From a virus, in the IMG/VR virus record IMGVR_UViG_3300021431_000015, positions 634 to 64,633 of that record: a stretch of DNA of 64,000 nucleotides. The stretch is one strand, 5' to 3'. Both the position numbers and the translations under genes were made by a program. Below, piece after piece: positions 9,183-17,813 of this stretch (positions are counted from its first letter, which is position 1; each line of letters opens with the position of its first letter). The notes under the pieces are model-generated. The model was not told the DNA's origin. It worked only from the letters and a program-made list of their open reading frames with translations, and made no database searches.

Positions 9183-9246
9183 CCCAACCACAACCGAATG
9201 CAAAACGAGGGCGCTGCGGCGCCTTCATGATTGAAAGGAGATGCCT

Positions 9247-10086
9247 ATGTGCATCATCGTAGCCAAGCCCATGGACGTGGAAATGCCCGACACCGACACC
9301 CTGTTCAGCTGCTTCGAGTCCAACCCGGACGGAGCCGGGTTCATGTGGGCGGACGGCAAGAGCGTCCACATCCGCAAGGGATTCATGACCTGGGAGAATT
9401 TCGAGGAGGCGCTCGATGCCGAGATTCCCGAGCAGAAGCGCAAGGAACTGGCAATCGTCATGCACTTCCGAATCGCGACCCACGGCAAGGTGCAGCCGAT
9501 GTGCTGCCACCCCTTCCCCATCAGCTCGAGCCTCGAGGATTTGCAGAGGACGCGCTGCGAGTCGAGGTTCGGCATCGCCCATAACGGAGTCATCCAGGGG
9601 CGGACGACGAACGACAAGCGGAGCGACACGATGGACTTCGTGATGAAGGTCGTGGCCCCGCTTGCGAAGATGAACGCCAACTTCATGAGGAACTCGCACG
9701 CCCTTGACCTGCTGGAAGGAGCTTGCGGCTCCAAGCTGGCAATCCTGGAGAACTCCGGCGAGCTGGTAACCGTGGGCGACTTCGTGGAGGACGAGGGAAT
9801 CCTCTACTCCAACACGAGCTACCTCACGTGGAGCAAGCGCTATTCGAGCTACGGGAGCCTGTTCTCCGGGACTGGATACACGGAGGCCTACGGCGAGTAC
9901 CTGGACGACTTCATCGACATGCTGCCCTGGATGGCGTGCAAGGACTGTGCGAACGCCGAGTTCTGCGCCATGGATTACCCGGAGTGCGAGAGCGAGAACA
10001 TCGCTCACAAGATGAGCGCCTACATGAACGGCTGGGATGACGAGTGGATTGTCGAGGACGAGGAAACGGCGGTGTTGGTCGGCTAA
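9247..10086 (+). CDS. class-II (Ntn) glutamine amidotransferase-like protein
   Basis: starts MCIIVAKP (Cys2 nucleophile after Met removal), HFRIATHGK and GIAHNGVIQG motifs; RBS AAAGGAG positioned for the second ATG. Confidence 0.85.
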   Translation: MCIIVAKPMDVEMPDTDTLFSCFESNPDGAGFMWADGKSVHIRKGFMTWENFEEALDAEIPEQKRKELAIVMHFRIATHGKVQPMCCHPFPISSSLEDLQRTRCESRFGIAHNGVIQGRTTNDKRSDTMDFVMKVVAPLAKMNANFMRNSHALDLLEGACGSKLAILENSGELVTVGDFVEDEGILYSNTSYLTWSKRYSSYGSLFSGTGYTEAYGEYLDDFIDMLPWMACKDCANAEFCAMDYPECESENIAHKMSAYMNGWDDEWIVEDEETAVLVG

Positions 10087-10397
10087 TGGGCAAGGTCAGG
10101 TACAACCAGGCAGGCTATGTCGGCTGCTCCATGTCGGAGCGAGCCGTCATGGCCTACGAATCGGGCGAGATGCCCAAGTCGAAGTGGACGAAACGAGCCA
10201 TGCTCACGGCAATCGAGGACTACTGCGACGAGTTTTCCATCCCCTACGACGGGCGGCTGTCGTCGCTCAAGAAGGCGGAGATATTCGAGCGGTTCTTCGA
10301 GTGGAAATCATGGCACCACACCGGGAAGTACGCCAACGTGACGGACTTCTACGGGTTGGACGAGGAAGCGGTTTGCGAGTTGGGAGGAATGGAATGA
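10086..10397 (+). CDS. hypothetical protein (103 aa)
   Basis: TAATG overlap with upstream gene. Confidence 0.55.
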   Translation: MGKVRYNQAGYVGCSMSERAVMAYESGEMPKSKWTKRAMLTAIEDYCDEFSIPYDGRLSSLKKAEIFERFFEWKSWHHTGKYANVTDFYGLDEEAVCELGGME

Positions 10398-10624
10398 GCA
10401 AGTTCAACATCGGGCAAGAGCCGACCGACGAGGAATGGAGCGTGTACTTCAAGTGCAGGAACTACCTGAAGCGCGAAACGGTCGCCGGGTACCTCGAATG
10501 CAGAGGGCTTGACGCCACACAGGAGCAGTTCGACGGCATGTATGCCGCTTACGAGAAGTTCATGTCTTACGACGACGGAGACGAGGAGACGATGCTCCGT
10601 CTGGCATGGGAAGAAGTTCGATAG
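10394..10624 (+). CDS. hypothetical protein (76 aa)
   Basis: ATGA overlap. Confidence 0.55.
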   Translation: MSKFNIGQEPTDEEWSVYFKCRNYLKRETVAGYLECRGLDATQEQFDGMYAAYEKFMSYDDGDEETMLRLAWEEVR

Positions 10625-10632
10625 GAGGAAAC

Positions 10633-11733
10633 ATGAAGTACATGGGTTTCGAGGTTCTGCAAGCACTCAAGACGAAGAACGCAATCAAGCGGGCCAACCC
10701 GAACAGGTTGCTCGAGTTCCACTTGAGGAACATCAACGTCAACGGGCAGAAGCGGGGATGCTCCGGGCACATCCTGGACATTGACACCGGAGTCTGCGTG
10801 TACATCAACACCGAGCGGTCGGTGCAGGTGCCGCACGACATGCTGTACCGGGAAGCCAAGGGCGTGGGCGACTTCAGCAGCCTGGGCATCCTGAACAACT
10901 TTGCGAGCACGTTGGAGGAGCTTGTCGAGGGAGTATCCCGGCTGCTCGACGTGCCGGTGAGGAAGAAGGCGGAGAAGGAGGAAGCCGTGGCAAAGAAGCA
11001 GACGAAGAAGGCAGAGGTCAAGGAGGAAAGCATGGCTAAGAACACGGTCAAGTTCGAGAAGGCGAAGGTCTGGGTCGCCCCCACCAAGGACACCGTCGAG
11101 GAGCGCGACGGCTACAGGTTCGCCGACAAGATCGGCGAGGTCGAGCTGTACGTGGGGCTCGTGAAGGAGAACGGCGGCTGGGTGATGGTCGACACCTACA
11201 CCGGGACGAGCCTGGGCGGCCTCACCTACTCGACGAGGGACAAGGCGGCGAGACACTACTTCGACACGGTGAAGGCCGCATACGAGAAGGTGTTCATGAC
11301 GGAGATGCACGAAGCGAAGGCGTCGGACTTCTCCAAGAAGTGCCTGCACGCCAAGGGAGTCGAGACGAAGGGAGAGCAGATGAAGAGACAAGAGAAGGAG
11401 CTGGCGAAGAAGGCCGAAGCTGCCGCCAAGGCCAAGCCGAAGCGCAAGCGCACCGTCAAGAAGCAGGAGCCGGTGCCGGTGCCTGAGACGGTCGAAACCA
11501 CGGCGGTCGAGACGCTGAGCTTCATCGACGGCGACGCCGAGAGCGCGGAGAAGGTCATCGAAGCGCTCCGGGAGCTGATGAAGGACGGCAACGTGGTCGT
11601 CCGCTGGAAGGGCAAGCCGATGGCCCCCATCCGGGTCGAGGGCGACACCAAGCCCTACCAGGAAGCGCTGAAGGAGCGCGGACTTCGCTGGGCACGCAAG
11701 GGCTTCTGGTACTTGAAGCCGACGATGGCCTAG
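10633..11733 (+). CDS. hypothetical protein (366 aa) with Lys-rich central linker
   Basis: ATAGGAGGAA RBS; long ORF, phage codon usage. Confidence 0.7.
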   Translation: MKYMGFEVLQALKTKNAIKRANPNRLLEFHLRNINVNGQKRGCSGHILDIDTGVCVYINTERSVQVPHDMLYREAKGVGDFSSLGILNNFASTLEELVEGVSRLLDVPVRKKAEKEEAVAKKQTKKAEVKEESMAKNTVKFEKAKVWVAPTKDTVEERDGYRFADKIGEVELYVGLVKENGGWVMVDTYTGTSLGGLTYSTRDKAARHYFDTVKAAYEKVFMTEMHEAKASDFSKKCLHAKGVETKGEQMKRQEKELAKKAEAAAKAKPKRKRTVKKQEPVPVPETVETTAVETLSFIDGDAESAEKVIEALRELMKDGNVVVRWKGKPMAPIRVEGDTKPYQEALKERGLRWARKGFWYLKPTMA

Positions 11734-11803
11734 CCGCTGGCGACAACTGAATATTCCGAGGATGGAGGGCGCGACGGGCGCCCTCCCGGTTTAAGGAGGA
11801 CTT

Positions 11804-12013
11804 ATGCGCGAGGTTGTCATTTTAAGCGTGAGCGAGGACGACATCGTTGAACTCTTCGGCGACGAGGTGCGCGAAGAGCTGGAAGCAAAGGGCTTGATTC
11901 AAGACGTCCTTGAAGAAGCGGCGGTGTCCATCGGCACCTACATCGACGAGGGCGAGAGCTTCACCGAGTTCCTCGGTTATGCGATTGACGAAGCCCTTGG
12001 TCACGAGGAATAG
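11804..12013 (+). CDS. acidic hypothetical protein (69 aa)
   Basis: AAGGAGGA RBS; preceded by GC hairpin. Confidence 0.6.
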   Translation: MREVVILSVSEDDIVELFGDEVREELEAKGLIQDVLEEAAVSIGTYIDEGESFTEFLGYAIDEALGHEE

Positions 12014-12022
12014 GAGGAAAGC

Positions 12023-12490
12023 ATGGGTCTGGATATGTATCTCTACACCAACAGCAAGAAGGTCTGCAAGGCCGCGAACGAGGCAACCGATGCCGAGCCT
12101 TGGCATTACCAGTACGGCACGGCCATCTACTGGCGGAAGGCGAACGCAATCCACCAGTGGTTCGTCGAGAACGTGCAATACGGCGAGGATGATTGCAGCC
12201 TCTATGTAGTCGAGGTCGAGCAGCTCCAAAAGCTGCTGGAAGTGTGCGAGGAGGTCCTGGCCGACCACTCCAAGGCGGAGGAACTCTTGCCAACGCAGGC
12301 CGGGTTCTTCTTCGGGAGCCTCGAATACGACGAGTGGTACTGGGGTGACGTGGAGTGCACCGCCGCCGGATTGATGGCAATCCTCGACAACGTGGAGCCG
12401 TTCGAAACCGGGCGTCCCTGGACGTCCTGGCGGGAGAAGGGCGACCCCGATGAATGGGAGGTGAGGTTCTACTACCGCTCTAGCTGGTAA
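12023..12490 (+). CDS. hypothetical protein (155 aa, MGLDMYLY..)
   Basis: GGAGGAAAG RBS. Confidence 0.7.
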   Translation: MGLDMYLYTNSKKVCKAANEATDAEPWHYQYGTAIYWRKANAIHQWFVENVQYGEDDCSLYVVEVEQLQKLLEVCEEVLADHSKAEELLPTQAGFFFGSLEYDEWYWGDVECTAAGLMAILDNVEPFETGRPWTSWREKGDPDEWEVRFYYRSSW

Positions 12491-12568
12491 CCGCAAGCAT
12501 CCATTAGGAAGCAAGGGAGGGTGCGCTGGTAACGAAGCCCTCCCCCACCAACGAGGAAAGGATAGCAC

Positions 12569-13186
12569 ATGGGAAACAGAGCTGTCATCACTGACAAGGA
12601 CAAGCAAATCGGTATCTACCTGCATTGGAACGGTGGCCGAGACTCCGTCGAGGGTTTCCTGACGTACTGCAAGCTGAGGGGGTTCCGTTTTGACAGCTAC
12701 GGCAGGGCGCGTTTCTGCCAGGTTGTCGGCAACTTCTTCGGAGGGGGCTTGAGCCTGGGAATCGACCTCTACGAACGATGCGACACCGACAACTGGGACA
12801 ACGGCGTATACGTCGTAGACAACTGGGAGATTGTCGAGCGCCTCTACTCGCACGGAGAGCAGATGGAATACCCACTCGACGAGATGCTCAGGGCTATCGA
12901 CGATGCTCAACCAGAAAGCGAACGGCTGGGAGAATATCTCGACTCTATCGAAATCCCTACTTCCGAGCTGAGAATCGGAGACAAGGTATGGTTCCCCGGC
13001 ATTCGCGAGGGCGGCACTTACGAGCTGCATGAGATTGTTGGATTCGGGACGCAGGACGCCGTCAACGGTCGTGGGTATCTCGGACGCCCATATGCTGCGA
13101 TATACGGCGACAAAAAGCGCGGATACGAGTGGAACTGCAACAACTACGTCAGAACCGAGACTTGCAGGATTGAACCACGGCAATAA
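12569..13186 (+). CDS. hypothetical protein (205 aa)
   Basis: RBS AGGAAAGG; followed by hairpin gggagggcttcggccctccc. Confidence 0.7.
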   Translation: MGNRAVITDKDKQIGIYLHWNGGRDSVEGFLTYCKLRGFRFDSYGRARFCQVVGNFFGGGLSLGIDLYERCDTDNWDNGVYVVDNWEIVERLYSHGEQMEYPLDEMLRAIDDAQPESERLGEYLDSIEIPTSELRIGDKVWFPGIREGGTYELHEIVGFGTQDAVNGRGYLGRPYAAIYGDKKRGYEWNCNNYVRTETCRIEPRQ

Positions 13187-13233
13187 CCGGAAACTGGGAG
13201 GGCTTCGGCCCTCCCCCACGTTAGGAGGAAAGC

Positions 13234-13389
13234 ATGAAGACACTGATAATCGACGAAGGTCGCAAGTTAACCCACGAGGAATGCGTTGCGATAGCCAAGG
13301 AGCACGGCATTACGGTCGTGCTTATGGTTGAGAGCACGGATGCGCTTGTTGGCGAAACCTGCACAGAATACAAGGTCACGGGCTGGTAA
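13234..13389 (+). CDS. mini-protein (51 aa)
   Basis: GGAGGAAAGC-ATG. Confidence 0.4.
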   Translation: MKTLIIDEGRKLTHEECVAIAKEHGITVVLMVESTDALVGETCTEYKVTGW

Positions 13390-13399
13390 GGAGGAAAGC

Positions 13400-13576
13400 A
13401 TGAAATACAGCAAGCAAGAATGCCCGAAATGCGGCGAATACAACAACGTGGAGGCCGGTCATGTCCAGGCAGACGGCGATACGGCGTGGCACACGACCAC
13501 ATGCCTTGAATGCGGCTGCGAATACGTCGAGGTTTACCGCTTCGATTGCGTGGAGTTTGATGGTGAGGAGGACTAA
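13400..13576 (+). CDS. zinc-ribbon protein (58 aa)
   Basis: CPKCG..C.ECGC; GGAGGAAAGC-ATG. Confidence 0.6.
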   Translation: MKYSKQECPKCGEYNNVEAGHVQADGDTAWHTTTCLECGCEYVEVYRFDCVEFDGEED

Positions 13577-13792
13577 ATGAGCACGAGATTCAGATGCCCG
13601 AAGTGCGGAAACGACGAGACATTTTACGCAAACTGCTACGTCGAGCACCACGAAGCAATCATCGACAACACGGGAATGTGGATTGGCGACAGCGAATGCT
13701 ACGACAGCGGTTTCGAGGATGGCCGACTCATCACGTGCCCAAAATGCTACTTCCAAGGCGATGACGAAGCGTTTGAGATTGAGGAGGACTAA
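13577..13792 (+). CDS. zinc-ribbon protein (71 aa)
   Basis: CPKCG...CPKC; TAAATG junction. Confidence 0.6.
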   Translation: MSTRFRCPKCGNDETFYANCYVEHHEAIIDNTGMWIGDSECYDSGFEDGRLITCPKCYFQGDDEAFEIEED

Positions 13793-13990
13793 ATGAGCAG
13801 ATTCGCATTCATCTTCGACGATGACGAACAGGTCGGGGACGTCACGTTCTTCGACGACGGCAGGGCCACGGTGATGAACCTGTGGTCCGGCATACAGCAA
13901 TGGTTCGATAACCAGGAGACGGGGCATGCGGACGCAATCCGCTACATCAGGACGCGCATGGCGCCTGATTTCAAGCTGGTCGAGGTTTAA
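13793..13990 (+). CDS. hypothetical protein (65 aa)
   Basis: TAAATG junction identical to previous gene pair. Confidence 0.55.
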   Translation: MSRFAFIFDDDEQVGDVTFFDDGRATVMNLWSGIQQWFDNQETGHADAIRYIRTRMAPDFKLVEV

Positions 13991-14001
13991 GGAGGAACGA
14001 C

Positions 14002-14331
14002 ATGTTCAACAAGGAAATGACAGAGAGCATCATCGAGGATTGCCTGCTCCGCATGAGCCTGTTCAACGACAGCCACAACGGCAGAGCCAGGAACATGCTG
14101 GTGAGGATATGCGTCGCCGGTGTCGACGGCGGCGGCCTGAGCACCTACGGGAAGTCGGCGGTCATCGGCCCTGACGACCATTACGAGTGCCATAGGGGTT
14201 ATCTCTACGTCTACCGAAAGCGCACCGAGCAGGAATCCCGCCACGACCACAAAAAGGAGGTCGAGAGCGTGGCTTTCATCCCCTACGAGAGCATCATTGC
14301 CATCGAATGCGCACCGTGCGCTTACGTTTAA
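14002..14331 (+). CDS. hypothetical protein (109 aa)
   Basis: AAGGAGGAA RBS. Confidence 0.6.
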   Translation: MFNKEMTESIIEDCLLRMSLFNDSHNGRARNMLVRICVAGVDGGGLSTYGKSAVIGPDDHYECHRGYLYVYRKRTEQESRHDHKKEVESVAFIPYESIIAIECAPCAYV

Positions 14332-14341
14332 GGAGGAACCC

Positions 14342-14581
14342 ATGAGCGAGAAACGCCTTATCGAGCAGGTCAACGCAGCCGAAAGTGTGGTCGACGCCAA
14401 GCTCGACTGCCCGGAGTGCGGCAAGCGGCTCGTATGGGATGGAGCTTGCCCTGACGAGGAATACCGTGACGGCGAGTTCTGGTCGATTGAAACATACGAG
14501 TGCGAGGATTGCCGACTGTATGTCAATGTGACGCAGGTTTACCGGGCCGCTGAACGCAGGGTGTCAGTCGAAGAACTATAA
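14342..14581 (+). CDS. zinc-ribbon protein (79 aa)
   Basis: CPECG..C.DC; AAGGAGGAA RBS. Confidence 0.6.
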   Translation: MSEKRLIEQVNAAESVVDAKLDCPECGKRLVWDGACPDEEYRDGEFWSIETYECEDCRLYVNVTQVYRAAERRVSVEEL

Positions 14582-14591
14582 GGAGGAACAC

Positions 14592-14789
14592 ATGAGCGAA
14601 ATCATGGACAAGCTGAACATGGAACCCGGCCGCTGCGCATGGTGCGGCAGCCCCGCCACGAAGCTGGTGCGGATGGAGCGCGACGTGAACGTCCTGCTCT
14701 GGTTCGAGTGCTTCGATTGCGGCGGCGAGCACATCGAGTGCTACAGCATGGACTCGAAGGGCATCCTGCCGAGCAAGGAGGAAGAATGA
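14592..14789 (+). CDS. zinc-finger protein (65 aa)
   Basis: CAWCG..CFDCG; AAGGAGGAA RBS. Confidence 0.55.
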   Translation: MSEIMDKLNMEPGRCAWCGSPATKLVRMERDVNVLLWFECFDCGGEHIECYSMDSKGILPSKEEE

Positions 14790-15010
14790 GATACCAAGAA
14801 CCCCTGCATGACAAGAGGACGCTCGAGCTTCTATGGGAAGCCTTCGGCGACTGCTGCTGCGACGACATGGGAATCATGGACAGCCCGTTCTGCGGATGGC
14901 CCGCAGGAACCGACCGCGAGGAGGTCTGGCATTGGTTCGACGGGCAGTATGCGAGATGGGGCGGCGTGCATGCGCTGATGTTCCCGGACGAGCATCCCGA
15001 ATGCCGCTGA
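14786..15010 (+). CDS. Cys-rich hypothetical protein (74 aa)
   Basis: ATGA overlap. Confidence 0.55.
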   Translation: MRYQEPLHDKRTLELLWEAFGDCCCDDMGIMDSPFCGWPAGTDREEVWHWFDGQYARWGGVHALMFPDEHPECR

Positions 15011-15074
15011 TCCGCACCACATATTACCGTACATGGAGGACCTTCGGGTCCTCCGCCATTTTAAGGAGGAAAAC

Positions 15075-15383
15075 ATGGAACTGTTCTTTGAAAGTGACAA
15101 CGGGCATGATTTCAAAGCTGTTTGTGACCTACCCGACTGCCTGAAAGCGCTCGACCCAGATGGAGAGCGTGGCGGCTATGTCTGCTTCCAGGCTTTTGAC
15201 ACGTCGTTTGACACAGATTACCCAATCGACCGATTGCTCCTCGAAAATGGATTCGAGTTCGACTGTGAAGTTCTCATCTGGTTCGACAATGGAGACGGCA
15301 TTTCCCTGTATGACTTCGCGGCTCATGACAGGCGGGAAGCAGAGCGTCTGCTCCAAGTCGCAGCCGACGCCCTTTACCGATAG
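15075..15383 (+). CDS. hypothetical protein (102 aa)
   Basis: AAGGAGGAAAAC-ATG; preceded by hairpin ggaggaccttcgggtcctcc. Confidence 0.6.
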   Translation: MELFFESDNGHDFKAVCDLPDCLKALDPDGERGGYVCFQAFDTSFDTDYPIDRLLLENGFEFDCEVLIWFDNGDGISLYDFAAHDRREAERLLQVAADALYR

Positions 15384-15392
15384 GAGAAAAAC

Positions 15393-15677
15393 ATGTCCTA
15401 CTACAACAGCGACAACACGACAATCCTGGCGACCCATGACCAGAAGCACCTGAATGAAACCAACACCCGGATGCTGTTGCTCCACAAATGCGAGAACGGG
15501 AGGCGCGAGTTCGTCATCGGCTCGTATTTCACGCAGACAACCGAAGTCAGCAGTTGCCAGGAATACGAGCGCACTGATTACTCCTGGGACTGGGGCCACT
15601 ACTTCGAGAAGTTCGAGTCGGCTGCATCTTATTGGTTCGAGGAAGTGCTTGGAAAGCACATCGGAGAGGAGCGCTGA
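15393..15677 (+). CDS. hypothetical protein (94 aa)
   Basis: AGGAGAAAAAC-ATG. Confidence 0.6.
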   Translation: MSYYNSDNTTILATHDQKHLNETNTRMLLLHKCENGRREFVIGSYFTQTTEVSSCQEYERTDYSWDWGHYFEKFESAASYWFEEVLGKHIGEER

Positions 15678-16045
15678 TGGGCAAATACGTTACCGACGCC
15701 GGAAGCCGTTACATCGTCAAGGACGAGCGGCTCGAGGAAGCCTACGCATGGCTCGAGGACGCTGGCGAGTTCGCCTTCGTCGTCGGACATGGCAACGGCA
15801 CGACCCACCTGGGAGCAAATGGCTATGAGGAGATGTTCTGCGGCGAGATGGCCGACGATTTCCACTTGGCCGTCGAGGCATTCATGGCGCTGTTTTGCGA
15901 GCCTGGCAGCTATGCGTGCTTCTGCTACGACAACCACGGGCCGATTCACATGCTCATCTGGAAGGACGAGCTTATCCACAACCAGGCTATCGGCTCAAAC
16001 AACCCGTTCGCAAGCAAGATAGCCGACTTCGAGAGGAGACTGTAA
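15677..16045 (+). CDS. hypothetical protein (122 aa)
   Basis: ATGA overlap. Confidence 0.6.
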   Translation: MGKYVTDAGSRYIVKDERLEEAYAWLEDAGEFAFVVGHGNGTTHLGANGYEEMFCGEMADDFHLAVEAFMALFCEPGSYACFCYDNHGPIHMLIWKDELIHNQAIGSNNPFASKIADFERRL

Positions 16046-16311
16046 TGGCTACTTTCAACATCCTGGGCGCCACGCCCAAGCAGCAATGGCTGAACGCCAT
16101 AACGATTTTCGAGCTGTGCATCAGCGGCAACGCGAGGAACGTGCGCGACGGTCTGTGCGATATGTGCTCGCCCAGTTTCTCCGAGGAGGTCCACCTCGGT
16201 GACGGAGTTGACGAGTGCGACGCGAAGCACTCGCTCGACGTGGTCATCGATCAGACGACGGTGTTCGCCGACGAGATGCGCCGTCTAGTGGAGGGAGTGT
16301 TCGATGGTTAG
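16045..16311 (+). CDS. hypothetical protein (88 aa)
   Basis: TAATG overlap. Confidence 0.55.
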   Translation: MATFNILGATPKQQWLNAITIFELCISGNARNVRDGLCDMCSPSFSEEVHLGDGVDECDAKHSLDVVIDQTTVFADEMRRLVEGVFDG

Positions 16312-16516
16312 CTTCAACGACATCCTGGAATACACGATGTTCCAGGGTCCGCTTTGCGTGTACGCCATCTCGTTCGACGGCCACCCCTCAGTCGCCTACG
16401 AGGGCGAGGGTGAAGACGTTCCCCGCGACGAGCTTTGGGGCGAGGGCTATGTGTCGCATGTTTACTACGATGCGACGTTCAAATGCATCACGGTCGAAAT
16501 CGAGGAGGAGGAATAA
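16304..16516 (+). CDS. hypothetical acidic protein (70 aa)
   Basis: 8-nt overlap with upstream gene. Confidence 0.5.
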   Translation: MVSFNDILEYTMFQGPLCVYAISFDGHPSVAYEGEGEDVPRDELWGEGYVSHVYYDATFKCITVEIEEEE

Positions 16517-16517
16517 A

Positions 16518-16769
16518 ATGGCAGAACGCATTGAAATCCCGTGCGCATACGGCACGCTGGTGGCCGAGGTCGCAGGCGACCCCGGCATCTACGACGAGAT
16601 TGAGGTCGACCTCGTGCGTCCCGACGGCAAGCTGATGCAGCTCTGCGTCGTGGGGACGGAGATGTTCGAGGGCGGGCCGCGTGGGCTGCACGTGTACGTC
16701 TGGGACGGCTCCGACGAGTCCCCGACCGTGGAGGTCAGGCCCAACATGGAAACCGCAACCTGGTATTAG
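16518..16769 (+). CDS. hypothetical protein (83 aa)
   Basis: GAGGAGGAATAAA-ATG. Confidence 0.55.
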   Translation: MAERIEIPCAYGTLVAEVAGDPGIYDEIEVDLVRPDGKLMQLCVVGTEMFEGGPRGLHVYVWDGSDESPTVEVRPNMETATWY

Positions 16770-16779
16770 GAGGAAACAT

Positions 16780-17040
16780 ATGGCAACAGACGGCATGTGG
16801 ATTATGAACGAGGACTACGAGTTCGAGCTGGCACCGGAGTACCAGAAGCAGCTCATGGAATGCAGGCTGCTGGCGACGAAGGCTTGGAGGGATGCAATCC
16901 TGGACTACCTGGAACCAAGGACCATCTACACCAGGCAGCAGTTGAAGGACTCGCTCATGGACAAGAACGACAAGACCGACATGCACCCCACCGACAGGGT
17001 GACGGAGTTCATCTTGGAGGCTCTAGGTGGCGACCTTTAA
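16780..17040 (+). CDS. hypothetical protein (86 aa)
   Basis: AGGAGGAAACAT-ATG. Confidence 0.6.
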   Translation: MATDGMWIMNEDYEFELAPEYQKQLMECRLLATKAWRDAILDYLEPRTIYTRQQLKDSLMDKNDKTDMHPTDRVTEFILEALGGDL

Positions 17041-17100
17041 ACGCAGGAACATACAGGTTGTTAGAGGGCGCTGCGGCGCCCTTCTTGTTAGGAGGGGCTC

Positions 17101-17289
17101 ATGAAGCTGAACGACAGGATTTGCAAGATGCCGCCGTGGACGATGGGCAAGATTGCGCGTGAGCTGTACGACGCCATGAACGCCATGGGAATCGGCGAGA
17201 GGACACGCGACAAGCTGCACTACCAGGTGATGGGCGGAAGCCTGAAGGACGCCGCCAAGTTCATCGACGTCAGGCAGTATCTCGGCTAG
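17101..17289 (+). CDS. hypothetical protein (62 aa)
   Basis: TAGGAGGGGCTC-ATG; preceded by hairpin agggcgctgcggcgccct. Confidence 0.55.
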   Translation: MKLNDRICKMPPWTMGKIARELYDAMNAMGIGERTRDKLHYQVMGGSLKDAAKFIDVRQYLG

Positions 17290-17297
17290 GAGGGCGG

Positions 17298-17573
17298 ATG
17301 TACTACGCGATGTACAAGCCTTACGGCATAAGGACCATGAGCTTCGGGGACATGCTCCTGAAGTTCCGCACCAAGAAGGAGCGTGACGATTACGTCTATC
17401 AGGAGGAATTGGACGGCTCCGACTACCACAGGATAAACGTCGACCGGGACGCGGCGAGGACATGGTTCCCCGCCGCGTTTGGTTTGCAGGAGTCCCTCGG
17501 CTTCTGGGCCTCGCTCGACGGCCATGAGATTTGGACGGCAAGCCCCACCGGCGGTGGCTACCGGTACATGTGA
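17298..17573 (+). CDS. hypothetical protein (91 aa)
   Basis: GGAGGGCGG-ATG. Confidence 0.55.
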   Translation: MYYAMYKPYGIRTMSFGDMLLKFRTKKERDDYVYQEELDGSDYHRINVDRDAARTWFPAAFGLQESLGFWASLDGHEIWTASPTGGGYRYM

Positions 17574-17582
17574 GGAGGGGAA

Positions 17583-17813
17583 ATGGTTTTGGAAGCGGTC
17601 ATGCACGCATGGAACGAGGGCAATTCGTTCCGCGTGCGGCTGGGTGATTTCGCCACGGAAAAGGACGCGCAGGACGCCGCGCTCCGCTTCCGCAAGCGAT
17701 TCGCCGACAGCATCGATGCGGTGATTCTCTACAAAGACGAGGAGGAAGTGTATGGCAAGGAAACGGGAGCTCACGGTGGAGCGATGGTCGGAGAATCTCG
17801 CAACGGAGCGTGA
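17583..17813 (+). CDS. hypothetical protein (76 aa); overlaps next gene by about 60 nt
   Basis: GAGGAGGGGAA-ATG. Confidence 0.45.
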   Translation: MVLEAVMHAWNEGNSFRVRLGDFATEKDAQDAALRFRKRFADSIDAVILYKDEEEVYGKETGAHGGAMVGESRNGA

